Positions 36,298 to 45,493 of a stretch of DNA of 64,000 nt are shown here, in pieces; positions within the stretch are counted from its first letter, which is position 1, and each line of letters begins with the position of its first letter. Made by a program: the position numbers and the translations under genes. The stretch spans positions 22,452 through 86,451 of the forward strand of contig CAXXVK010000054.1 of the NCBI GenBank assembly GCA_963676915.2. The letters are read 5' to 3'. Under the pieces are notes generated by a model. The model ran no database searches, was not told where the DNA came from, and was given only the letters and a program-made list of their open reading frames with translations. Origin of the DNA: Myxococcota bacterium. GTDB taxonomy: Bacteria > Myxococcota_A > SURF-8 > G963663525.

Positions 36298-37134
36298 TTA
36301 TTTTTTCCAGGAAAATAAGTAGTTCTGATTTTGTTCAATCCATAAATCCGCTTCGTTGCTATGCGGAAAGCGGGCCACCAATTCGTTGAAGTCGTTGCCG
36401 TGAATCACGCGCCTGCCGTTAGGATCTTTCGAAACACCGACTTCGGCATGAGCCATTTCATGAAACAGAATAGATTCGACGACGAATTTCGGCACGCGTG
36501 CCCGGTCGAGGGTGGGATGGATACGTATCGTATTGGTCTGCTCGGACCAACTTCCGAGTTTTAGAGAACGTTTGGCTCGCATCGGAGGTGTGGCCCATCC
36601 GATATAGCAGGAAAGGTTGGAGTCGAAAAAGCGTTTGTTGAGGTGATCGAACATGCTTTTGAGGTCGTAGACTTTTCCTTGTTGTTTCAGACGGATCGGT
36701 TTGGTGTTTTTCGGTGCGGAATCGATCAAAGAGTAATGTTCGTTGATGAACTGGCGTAGTTCAACGGGCCAACGTTTGGTGTTTCCGCAGGCAAAATCCG
36801 CAATTCCGACAATGAGATCGTGGGGAGCGAAGGCAAACATCGCGTGTACGCGCAATGAATTCGTGTTTTTTTCACGCTTGAAGGAAATCATTGCCCTTCG
36901 GTTGTTGTTCCAGATCACACGCCAACTCGATCCCGCGAGGCTTCGAAAGGCTTTCTCGAAATTACGTTTCGCGACCAGAAAATCTGTGGCGGGGGAGATG
37001 GTATCCTCCTCACCGTTTTCTCCACTACCGGCAGATCCAACCCGCTTTTTACCTTTGGGAGAACTTTCCGCTGGTGCGAGAATGGTTTCCGGAAAAAGGG
37101 AGAGCTGACCTTCGGGTGAATGTTTTGCCGTCAT
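36298..37134 (-). CDS. SprT-like zinc metalloprotease domain protein
   Basis: LNKRFF, LGSW, IRIHPTLD, HEMAH (HExxH) and HGNDF motifs. Confidence 0.8.
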   Translation of the reverse strand: MTAKHSPEGQLSLFPETILAPAESSPKGKKRVGSAGSGENGEEDTISPATDFLVAKRNFEKAFRSLAGSSWRVIWNNNRRAMISFKREKNTNSLRVHAMFAFAPHDLIVGIADFACGNTKRWPVELRQFINEHYSLIDSAPKNTKPIRLKQQGKVYDLKSMFDHLNKRFFDSNLSCYIGWATPPMRAKRSLKLGSWSEQTNTIRIHPTLDRARVPKFVVESILFHEMAHAEVGVSKDPNGRRVIHGNDFNELVARFPHSNEADLWIEQNQNYLFSWKK

Positions 37135-37389
37135 CGTTGCACCGTAAACATCAAAAAGAAAAACGATTTTCTTCACAACACTATATACTAATTGGATTTC
37201 AAAGACAACATAAATGTACAGATGTTCAGTATTTTGTAGAGGAAGATTTTAAGGAGAAAGTAGTAGGTTTTGAGGAGAGCGAAAAATTGCAAGCGTGAAT
37301 TCGAAAAGAAAAATTGAAAACGCAGAAAAAATTCTTCCCTTAATGATAAAAAAGGGTTCCAAACATCGGAAACGAAAAGAGATGGTATC

Positions 37390-37593
37390 TCAGCGTTTTT
37401 TGGATTTTTCACGAAGAGCGTTATGGAGCACTTCAGACAAATCCCACTGTTCGAGCGTATTCTTGATGTTTTCCCATCGTTTGCAATGTTGCGTCATTTC
37501 CATCATCGCCTCTTGTTTTGTGTCCGTAACGGAGGATACAAAATAAGGCGAACGAGTTTTCCTGGCGAACCTCGCAGCGAACCTGGAATCCAT
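37390..37593 (-). CDS. Small hypothetical protein (67 aa)
   Basis: AGGAGG RBS 6 nt upstream of the ATG; isolated in AT-rich intergenic DNA. Confidence 0.55.
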   Translation of the reverse strand: MDSRFAARFARKTRSPYFVSSVTDTKQEAMMEMTQHCKRWENIKNTLEQWDLSEVLHNALREKSKKR

Positions 37594-38008
37594 TGAAAAC
37601 CTCCTAAATGCTAGGGTGATGGTGACATAACACAACACGAAACATTAGTAAATACAAAAAATACGATTTTTTGAAAAAACATAAAGCTCAGTATTTATTA
37701 AATACCATTAAATATATTATACTAAAAGTATAGGTAAAAGCAAAGTTTATTTCGAATTGCTGTGGGGAGTTTTAGGAAGATTTCGAAGGTACTTTGCTTT
37801 TGATTGCGGTAATCAAAATGGCGATTTCGACTTTCGATATTTCGAACTTATTTTGATCTACAATGATTCTCCATTTTGAAAAACGCTCTGGGTTTCGTTT
37901 GAGAAAGCTTAGTCTATGTGCTACTCTGTTTTGACTTGATGACGAATATCTAAGAAATTTCAACCATTGCGGTCCGTGCCACGGTCCGCCGTTCAGGAGG
38001 AAAAAACC

Positions 38009-38980
38009 GTGATTCAGACAAAAATAACCGAAATGCTTGGTATTGAATATCCGATTATCGGCGGTACGATGATGGACCTTTCCAAGGCCGAATTCGTGGC
38101 GGCAATTTCCAATGCGGGGGCTTTGGGTATTATCGCTTCGGCGATTTTCCGTGAAACCGAGGCGTTGCGAGAAGAAATCAAGAAAACGAAGGATCTCACC
38201 GACAAACCCTTCGCCGTCAATATCAACCTGTTTCCGATGTTGCAGCCACCCGACAACCGTGAGTTCGTCGAAACGCTGGCCGAACAGGGTGTGAAAATCG
38301 TCGAAACCTCGGGCAATGCCGCACCGGTAGAACTGGTCGGGTTGTTCAAGGAATTCGGCATGACATGGATTCACAAATGTGTGGGTGTTCGCTACGCGAA
38401 AAAAGTGGCCAGTCTTGGAGCCGATGGCGTGACGGTCGTTGGCTATGAAAACGGTGGTGCTACTGGTGTGCTGAACGTCACGACAATGGTGTTGGTTCCC
38501 TCTGTCGTGGATGCCGTGGATATTCCGGTTGTCGGTGGCGGTGGAGTGGCCGATGGTCGCGGGTTGGCGGCTGTGCTTTCTTTGGGAGCCGAGGCGGCGA
38601 TTATCGGCAGTCGCTTGATGCTTTCCGATGAATGCCCGATCCATACCAATTTGAAAAAAGCGATGTGCGAAGCCGACGAACTGAGCACCGATATCATTAT
38701 GCAAAGCATCGGATTCGCGCATCGGGTATGGCTCAACGATCCGGCAGTGAAAACGCGAGATATCGAATCGAAAGGTGGTGGTCTCGAAGACATCATCCAG
38801 TACGTTTCAGGGGAAGCGGCGCGAAAAATGTACGAAACCGGGGATCTCGATGCCGGTACCGTATCTTGCTCGCAGTCTATCGGATTGGCCAACCGTATAA
38901 TGCCTCTGCGAGAGATTTTCGAGGAAATCATGCAGCAGGCCGAAACCCAGATCAAACGGTTAAATACGATGGGATTTTAA
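38009..38980 (+). CDS. Nitronate monooxygenase / FabK-like FMN-dependent oxidoreductase
   Basis: LGIEYPII, SNAGALG, TDKPFAVN and GGVADGRG motifs; AGGAGG RBS before the GTG. Confidence 0.9.
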   Translation: MIQTKITEMLGIEYPIIGGTMMDLSKAEFVAAISNAGALGIIASAIFRETEALREEIKKTKDLTDKPFAVNINLFPMLQPPDNREFVETLAEQGVKIVETSGNAAPVELVGLFKEFGMTWIHKCVGVRYAKKVASLGADGVTVVGYENGGATGVLNVTTMVLVPSVVDAVDIPVVGGGGVADGRGLAAVLSLGAEAAIIGSRLMLSDECPIHTNLKKAMCEADELSTDIIMQSIGFAHRVWLNDPAVKTRDIESKGGGLEDIIQYVSGEAARKMYETGDLDAGTVSCSQSIGLANRIMPLREIFEEIMQQAETQIKRLNTMGF

Positions 38981-39024
38981 ACGGCGATAGACGGGACACT
39001 GCAAAAACAAAAAGCTACGATTGA

Positions 39025-40716
39025 ATGAAATCCAAGGAAAAAGGTGTGCTGAAATCAAGCGGATGGCAGGCGATAACGGTTCTATTTTTCATCACTTTTT
39101 CGTTTTTTGCGTGGGCTGAACCGGCATCTTCTCCTGATGAGTTACAGGTGCACTCCGAGGTGAAGGTGGAAGCGCGGCAGATGCTTGCGCCTCGCCCCGC
39201 CGAACAACTACGTTCCGCGACGATACCTGTTGAAGGAGAAGTGAAGAATAGCATTGGGGCCAAGCGTCCTCCCGTAGCGCTTGGTGGAGCGCGTCCCCTC
39301 GACTTTGCAACGGCCCAACGGATGATCCGCGATGTATTGGCACAAGATGTTTTCGAGGGCGTAACCGTCGGTTTTCTTGCGGAAAATCTACACAGTGGCT
39401 TGCGCTATGTTTCTACAAACGAAAATACGCTGTTCGTCCCGGCCAGCAATCAGAAAATCCTCACGACGGCTGCGGTGTTGGAAACGCTGGGGCCGGATTA
39501 TCGTTTCGAAACCGATTTTGTCGCGACCAAAGAAGTGGATGAAAACGGCTTGCTCGAATCCGATCTGTACGTAATCGGTTCGGGAGATCCGTTTCTGGTT
39601 CCCGAACAGATCGATCGTCTGGGATACGAGTTGGAGGCGAAAAATATCCGCAAAATCAAGGGAAACCTCATCGTGGATGATTCCCTTTTCGAGATTCCTG
39701 CAATCGGTCCCGGCTTCGACGACGACGAAAGCTACCGTGCCTATCGGGCACCCCAAGGTGCGTTGAGCGTAAATTTCAACTCGGTGGCGGTAACGGTGAT
39801 GCCGGGAGTCGAGGCCAATGCTCCGGCGCGTATTCAGGTTATTCCTCCCCAGCGCTATACCGTTCTCGATAACCAGACGAAAACGGTCATGGGGAGAATG
39901 CGCCAGTGGATTCGCGTGGAAACTCCGATGGAAGACTGGCGAAACAAAATCGTCGTAACCGGTGGGATTTCCGGCAATTATCGGCCTTTGACCTACCATC
40001 GGCGCATCGACAACGTGCCGATCTTTTCCGGGTGGACCATTCACGACATTCTCAAACGACACGATATCCGTTTCACCGGGACGGTGAAAACCGGAAAAGC
40101 CCCGGAAAACGATGCTGTACTGATCCATCGTTTCGAATCTCTGCCTCTTTCCTCGATGTGTCGCCTGATCAACAAGTATTCCAACAATTTCATGGCGGAA
40201 ATGGTATTGCTGAAGCTGGGCGCCGTCCGATTCGAAGCCCCTGGAAACTGGGAAAAAGGGGCGAAGGCTATGGCAGAGTACCTGAAGTCGCTAGGAATCG
40301 ATACCACTCCTTATCTTTTGAGTAACGGCTCGGGAATGGGGGATGTTAACCGGATTTCTCCCTCGTTGCTGGTGAGCGTGTTGCGACACATGGCGCTGAA
40401 TTACGAGTCAGGACCGGAATTCGTTGCCTCGTTGACCGTCTCCGGCGTGGATGGCACCTTGGCGACACGGTACGATATTCCCGATGTAAAACAGGCAGTT
40501 CGAGGCAAGACGGGGACGCTTTCCGATGTCATGGCATTGTCGGGATATGTATTGAACCGAGGATGCGAACGCGTTGTTTTTTCGTTGCTGTTCAACGGAA
40601 TCGCCGGAAAACCCCGAGATCGCTTGTATGATGCGCAAGTCGAGTTGGTGCGTATTCTTTCCAACTCCGCTCCGGATCATCCTGCTCCGGGTTGTCATAG
40701 GATCGTTCTTCCTTGA
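39025..40716 (+). CDS. dacB: D-alanyl-D-alanine carboxypeptidase/endopeptidase (PBP4, peptidase S13)
   Basis: PASNQK (SxxK), GSGDP, SNN (SxN), NGSG and KTGTL motifs; signal peptide. Confidence 0.93.
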   Translation: MKSKEKGVLKSSGWQAITVLFFITFSFFAWAEPASSPDELQVHSEVKVEARQMLAPRPAEQLRSATIPVEGEVKNSIGAKRPPVALGGARPLDFATAQRMIRDVLAQDVFEGVTVGFLAENLHSGLRYVSTNENTLFVPASNQKILTTAAVLETLGPDYRFETDFVATKEVDENGLLESDLYVIGSGDPFLVPEQIDRLGYELEAKNIRKIKGNLIVDDSLFEIPAIGPGFDDDESYRAYRAPQGALSVNFNSVAVTVMPGVEANAPARIQVIPPQRYTVLDNQTKTVMGRMRQWIRVETPMEDWRNKIVVTGGISGNYRPLTYHRRIDNVPIFSGWTIHDILKRHDIRFTGTVKTGKAPENDAVLIHRFESLPLSSMCRLINKYSNNFMAEMVLLKLGAVRFEAPGNWEKGAKAMAEYLKSLGIDTTPYLLSNGSGMGDVNRISPSLLVSVLRHMALNYESGPEFVASLTVSGVDGTLATRYDIPDVKQAVRGKTGTLSDVMALSGYVLNRGCERVVFSLLFNGIAGKPRDRLYDAQVELVRILSNSAPDHPAPGCHRIVLP

Positions 40717-40950
40717 TGATGGTTTATTGAAGTATTGGATGAGAACCCGTCGGAGAGTCCTCATCAAAAACAAACAAAACTTGCTTTGGTTTTGGCGCAA
40801 ATAAGTTGAGTTTTGCGGTGTCTTTTGCGAAATTGACGGGAAGGGAACGATTTCTTTCAGAAATTTTCAACAGATGTTTCCTTTTTTCATGACGTGGTGA
40901 CGAATTTATCCGGTTCCGGTGTTTTATTCCCAGGAAGTCGAGGGCGGCTT

Positions 40951-41436
40951 TTGACGATCGACGTAGAAGAGTATTACAGGCAGTTTGGGCCGATGGTCGT
41001 TAGACGCTGCCAGTACCTTTTGAAGGATGAAGAGGAAGCCTGGGACGCCATGCAGGATGTTTTCGTCAAATTATTGCGCAATGAAAAGAAGCTACAGCAC
41101 GACAAGCCGTCGAGTCTTTTAATGCGCATCGCAACCAACGAATGTCTCAACCGGATTCGAAGTCGCAAAAGAAAACCCGCTGAACCAGACGACGATTTGC
41201 TTGCTCGTATCGCCTCTGCGGAAGACGAAGAAGAACAAACCCTGGCGCGTTCCATGCTGGATAAAATCTTCAGCCGGGAAAAGGAATCGACGCGCACCAT
41301 CGCCGTGCTTCACTTGCTTGATGGATTGACGCTGGAAGAAACAGCCCAGGCGGTGGGAATGTCGGTTTCAGGTGTACGCAAACGTCTGCGAAATCTCGGC
41401 GAACACGTCAAGGAACTGCAAGAGGTGTTGCCATGA
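40951..41436 (+). CDS. ECF-type RNA polymerase sigma factor
   Basis: Region 2 (AWDAMQDVFVK, IATNECLN) and region 4 HTH (GLTLEETAQAVGMSVSGVRKRL); TTG start. Confidence 0.92.
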   Translation: MTIDVEEYYRQFGPMVVRRCQYLLKDEEEAWDAMQDVFVKLLRNEKKLQHDKPSSLLMRIATNECLNRIRSRKRKPAEPDDDLLARIASAEDEEEQTLARSMLDKIFSREKESTRTIAVLHLLDGLTLEETAQAVGMSVSGVRKRLRNLGEHVKELQEVLP

Positions 41437-42245
41437 CCGAATCAACTCGTCCCGTATCCGATTGGGAATTGGAGCAATATCTGCTCGACGAATTGGAAGG
41501 CGAGCGTCGGGCGTTCGTAGAAGAACAGCTTCGACAGGATTCGGAGGTGAAAGAACGCCTTGAAGCTTTGAAAGTCTCGAACGCTGAGTTGTTGGAAACG
41601 TTTCCTCCAAGGATTGCGGCGGCATCGATTCGGGAGCGGTTCGAAAAGGGTAGTAAAAAGAAGGTTCGTCAATCTTCCTGGTTGACTGCTGCGTTACCTG
41701 TCGGTGCGGCGGCGTTGCTGGCGGTTTTCGTTGTGTTTTCGGGAGATTTTATCGGGAACGGGCCGCATTCGGACGAAGTGTTTCAACAAAACGGCGAGAC
41801 AATCTACACCAAGGGTCTTGAACCGCATCTGACACTTTATCGGAAGACGCCCGATGCCACCCCCGTAAAGCTCGAAGAAAATCAGGTGGTTTCCGAAGGG
41901 GACGTTCTTCAGCTCGGCTATGTAGCCGCTGGAGCGCGTTTTGGGATGATTTTTTCCGTCGATGGACGCGGGGTGGTTACGTTGCATTTCCCTCGTGAAG
42001 CAAACGGCAGCCTCGCACTCAATACAAAAGGGAAAACTCTTCTTCCGTTCTCTTATGAACTCGATGACGCCCCGCTGTTCGAGCGCTTTTTCCTTGTCAC
42101 ATCTAAAGAACCTTTCGATCCGACAACCGTAATGAATTCCGCCAGAAAACAGGCCATGGATCTCGACGCGAGCCGGACACAACCGCTCGATCTTCCCGAA
42201 GGCATGTCTCAGATGTCGTTCCTGTTACGGAAAAACGCGAAATGA
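41433..42245 (+). CDS. Membrane-anchored anti-sigma-like protein (ActD-like, DUF4384-like C-terminal domain)
   Basis: N-terminal helical domain (LEQYLLDEL); one TM segment; TKG then GDVLQLGY...SVDGRGVVTLHFP...SYELDDAPLFERFF; ATGA coupling to both neighbours. Confidence 0.8.
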   Translation: MTESTRPVSDWELEQYLLDELEGERRAFVEEQLRQDSEVKERLEALKVSNAELLETFPPRIAAASIRERFEKGSKKKVRQSSWLTAALPVGAAALLAVFVVFSGDFIGNGPHSDEVFQQNGETIYTKGLEPHLTLYRKTPDATPVKLEENQVVSEGDVLQLGYVAAGARFGMIFSVDGRGVVTLHFPREANGSLALNTKGKTLLPFSYELDDAPLFERFFLVTSKEPFDPTTVMNSARKQAMDLDASRTQPLDLPEGMSQMSFLLRKNAK

Positions 42246-44563
42246 GTAGTTCCGGTATGAATGCGAAAGATTTGATTCTGCTGGTGTTTTCGTTTGTGCT
42301 TTTCGGTTGGGCTACGGTTCATGCCGAAACGGCGGTTATCGAGCGATACGCTTTGATCGTCGGTGCCAACGACGGCGGAAACGACCGCATTACGCTACGT
42401 TACGCAGATGATGACGCTTTGGCCATGGCTGCCGTTTTGGAAGATCTGGGCGGCGTTTCTCCACGTCAGCGGATTCTTTTGCTCGATCCTGACCTGCGGG
42501 ATCTTTCCGAAGGTCTTGGTCGTTTGAGTTCAATGGTTGCTGAGGGAAAGCGAAACGGGCAGCGGGTTGAGGTGTTCTTTTACTATTCAGGCCACTCGGA
42601 TGAATCGGGTTTGTTGCTGTATGGCCGAACATTTCGCTACCTGGATCTTAAACGACAGATCAAAGCTTTGGATGCCGACGTGCGGGTGGTGATTCTCGAT
42701 TCCTGTTCCAGCGGGGCGATGACTCGTACGAAGGGTGGTAAACGGAAAGCGCCGTTTCTAAGCGATTCGTCGGTCAAACTGAAGGGCCATGCCATTTTGA
42801 CTTCCAGTGCAGAGGATGAAGCGGCCCAGGAGTCGGACAAAATCGGCGGTTCGTTTTTTACGCACTACTTGGTTTCCGGGATGCGAGGGGCTGCGGATGC
42901 TTCTCGGGATCGGCGGGTAACGATCAACGAAGCCTACCATTATGCTTACACGGAGACGCTTGGGCGAACGCAGACCACCCAAAGCGGAGCGCAACACGCC
43001 ACGTATGACATTGAACTCGCCGGAACCGGCGATCTTGTTTTAACGGAGTTGCGTGAAACGTTTTCCGTGTTGCATTTCGCCGAGCCGTTGGAAGGGCGTT
43101 TCTATGTACGCGACAGCAAAGACCGGCTGATCTCGGAAATCAACAAAGAAGCGGGAAAGGGCGTGGATCTCGGAGTGGAGCCTGGAGAATACCGGATTGT
43201 GCTCGACCAGGATGGTCAGTTCTATCTAGCGGAATTTTCTTTGGATCTCCATGGTGAGATGACGCTTGACGAGTCGATGTTCCATCCTGTGGAGAGCGAA
43301 TCCACCGTAGCGCGCGGTTTGGGAGCCAAGGAAAAGGAATACACGGATGTTCCGTTAAATATCGGATTGTTTCCACCGGTACATATCAACAAAGCTTATG
43401 ACGAACCCATCGTAAACCACATTTCCCTGGGACTTTTCGCCAACGAACAGGATCTGCTTCAAGGTGTCGCCGTAACGTTCGGTGTCAACTGGCAGAACGA
43501 CGATATGTATGGTGCGGAAGGCAGCTTTTTAGCCAATGTCGTGGGACGTGACACCAAAGGTGCGGCGGCGACGGTATTTACCAACATCACGCGGCGGGAC
43601 TTCACTGGTGCACAGTACGCAACATTCTACAACCATACCAATCGTCATTTCATCGGTGGGCAGTTCGCCATGGTCAACTACACGGGAGGAAATTTCATCG
43701 GAGGGCAGGGCGGATTGGTCAATATTGCGGTTGGTAACATGACCGGGGCGCAATTGGCTTTGGCCAACTTCACGATCGATCATGCAACGGGTGCCCAGGC
43801 CGCTTTGGTCAATATTGCAGCGGGTAACATGTCGGGTATACACGGTGCGATGTTGGCCAATGTCACCGTTGGAGATGTCAGCGGACTAGAATTGGGTCTC
43901 GGGAACGTGACGACCGGAAGCCTGGAAGGTGTGCAGTTTGGACTTCTCGATGTGGTTGCAGGGGAAGAACCTTCCAAAGGCGGCCAAGTCGGATTGCTCA
44001 ACGTGTCGAGAGGCGAGCTTACAGGAATGCAGATCGGCTTGATCAACTATGCCGACGACGTGGATTTTCCCATCGGTTTTCTAAGCATCGTTCGAAAAGG
44101 AATGGTGCATGGAAATTTCTGGACGAGCGACACGGCAATGGTCAATGCAGCACTGAAGCTTGGGAGTCGTTTGGTGTATAACCTTTTTTCTATCGGGTAT
44201 CAACCTGTGCTGGGAGATCAGGCCATGAGCTATGGCTTGGGACTGGGAGTCCATATACCGGTACAGGAACAGGATCGTTGGTTTATCGATTTCGACCTGA
44301 CAGGTTCTTTTTTGCATAAAACCAAGGATTTGGACGAAAACGCTTCGATGGTCAAACTCCGCTTGTTGGCGAATTATGCGATGACGGAACACGTCTCGTT
44401 GCTGTTCGGGCCGACCTTCAACGTGATGAGCATGTACAACAACGATGCATATCCCTCTGATTTCTCCTATATTCCCTATCAGAAGATCGAAGAAAAAGAA
44501 GTGGATGAAAAGATGATTCGTTCCTATGTGGCTCCGGGGTTCATGATCGGTATCGAGATTTGA
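42242..44563 (+). CDS. Exported caspase-family (peptidase C14) protease with C-terminal beta-solenoid repeats
   Basis: Signal peptide; RYALIVGAN; LRYADDDA; His-Cys dyad YSGH and LDSCSSG; about 13 GxQxxxxN repeats. Confidence 0.88.
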   Translation: MSSSGMNAKDLILLVFSFVLFGWATVHAETAVIERYALIVGANDGGNDRITLRYADDDALAMAAVLEDLGGVSPRQRILLLDPDLRDLSEGLGRLSSMVAEGKRNGQRVEVFFYYSGHSDESGLLLYGRTFRYLDLKRQIKALDADVRVVILDSCSSGAMTRTKGGKRKAPFLSDSSVKLKGHAILTSSAEDEAAQESDKIGGSFFTHYLVSGMRGAADASRDRRVTINEAYHYAYTETLGRTQTTQSGAQHATYDIELAGTGDLVLTELRETFSVLHFAEPLEGRFYVRDSKDRLISEINKEAGKGVDLGVEPGEYRIVLDQDGQFYLAEFSLDLHGEMTLDESMFHPVESESTVARGLGAKEKEYTDVPLNIGLFPPVHINKAYDEPIVNHISLGLFANEQDLLQGVAVTFGVNWQNDDMYGAEGSFLANVVGRDTKGAAATVFTNITRRDFTGAQYATFYNHTNRHFIGGQFAMVNYTGGNFIGGQGGLVNIAVGNMTGAQLALANFTIDHATGAQAALVNIAAGNMSGIHGAMLANVTVGDVSGLELGLGNVTTGSLEGVQFGLLDVVAGEEPSKGGQVGLLNVSRGELTGMQIGLINYADDVDFPIGFLSIVRKGMVHGNFWTSDTAMVNAALKLGSRLVYNLFSIGYQPVLGDQAMSYGLGLGVHIPVQEQDRWFIDFDLTGSFLHKTKDLDENASMVKLRLLANYAMTEHVSLLFGPTFNVMSMYNNDAYPSDFSYIPYQKIEEKEVDEKMIRSYVAPGFMIGIEI
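43463..44060 (+). repeat. About 13 tandem 15-17 aa protein repeats (GxQxG/AxxN, LA_2272-like)
   Basis: Examples: GGQFAMVNYTGGNFI / GGQGGLVNIAVGNMT / GAQLALANFTIDHAT / GAQAALVNIAAGNMS. Confidence 0.8.
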
Positions 44564-44638
44564 CAACATTTGGCGCATTGCGTTATTTTATGCGCAGTTA
44601 TTGCTAGTTTTGTGAAATTCAAACCGGATGATCGCCCC

Positions 44639-45400
44639 ATGCCGAAATCTTCCCTTGCCCACGCCCGGAAAATAATCATTTCGAACGTATGGTTGTTGAC
44701 CGACGACCAAGGTCATCGGTTCGTGGTCGATACGGGATATCCGTTGGAAAGACCGAAACTGCGTCGCTTTTTGCGTCGTTCGGGGGTAGAAGGTGCCGGA
44801 GACCTGGCCGGAGTGCTGTTGACCCATCGGCACAGCGATCACGCGGGAAACGCTGCATGGATGCGTGAAACCTATCATTGTCCGGTCATCTGCCACGAGA
44901 ACGATGCTCCGTTTCTCACAGGAGAACGTACCCCACCGAAACTTCAACGAGGATTGGGTAACGCCTGGGACCGTTTCGCCTGTACCATAGAGGACACTTT
45001 ACCTTCAGTGTGTCCCGTAGACGAAACGTTTTCGGAAGGCTCGTGGCGTTATGGATTTTCTATCTATCCGGCCTTCGGTCATACTGAAGGCTCGGTGCTG
45101 CTCTATCATGAACCTACGAAAACGCTGTTTTCCGGGGATGCTTTGCTCACCGGTTTGCCGCCATTTCGTTCAATAGAGTATTTGCAGCTGGCAGTGGCGG
45201 CATATACCCCGGAACTTGAAAGCTGCCACGCACATGTGCTGCGGTTTCTCGAAAATCCTCCCGACATTTTGAGGATTTGTTCAGGACACGGACCGCTGGT
45301 GGATCGCCATGCAAGTCAAAAGCTTCTTCGATTCGCGGAAAAAGCGAGGCGTGTGAAGAGTTTGCAAATGAATGAAGAAGCGACGGTAAGCCTTTCATAA
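44639..45400 (+). CDS. MBL-fold metallo-hydrolase
   Basis: VDTG, THRHSDHAG, GHTEGS, FSGDAL and GHG motifs. Confidence 0.9.
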   Translation: MPKSSLAHARKIIISNVWLLTDDQGHRFVVDTGYPLERPKLRRFLRRSGVEGAGDLAGVLLTHRHSDHAGNAAWMRETYHCPVICHENDAPFLTGERTPPKLQRGLGNAWDRFACTIEDTLPSVCPVDETFSEGSWRYGFSIYPAFGHTEGSVLLYHEPTKTLFSGDALLTGLPPFRSIEYLQLAVAAYTPELESCHAHVLRFLENPPDILRICSGHGPLVDRHASQKLLRFAEKARRVKSLQMNEEATVSLS

Positions 45401-45493
45401 AACTGTCATTAAAATCGGATCATTCATGAGGATCACAGCGAGACGCCTAAAACCGATAAAAAATTCAAGGACTTTCAAGTCGTAGTAGATTCC

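Noticed and set aside
40890-40930. Possible autoregulatory ECF promoter (GTGAC...TGTTT)
   Set aside because: The consensus for this sigma group is not known to me, and one instance cannot be distinguished from chance
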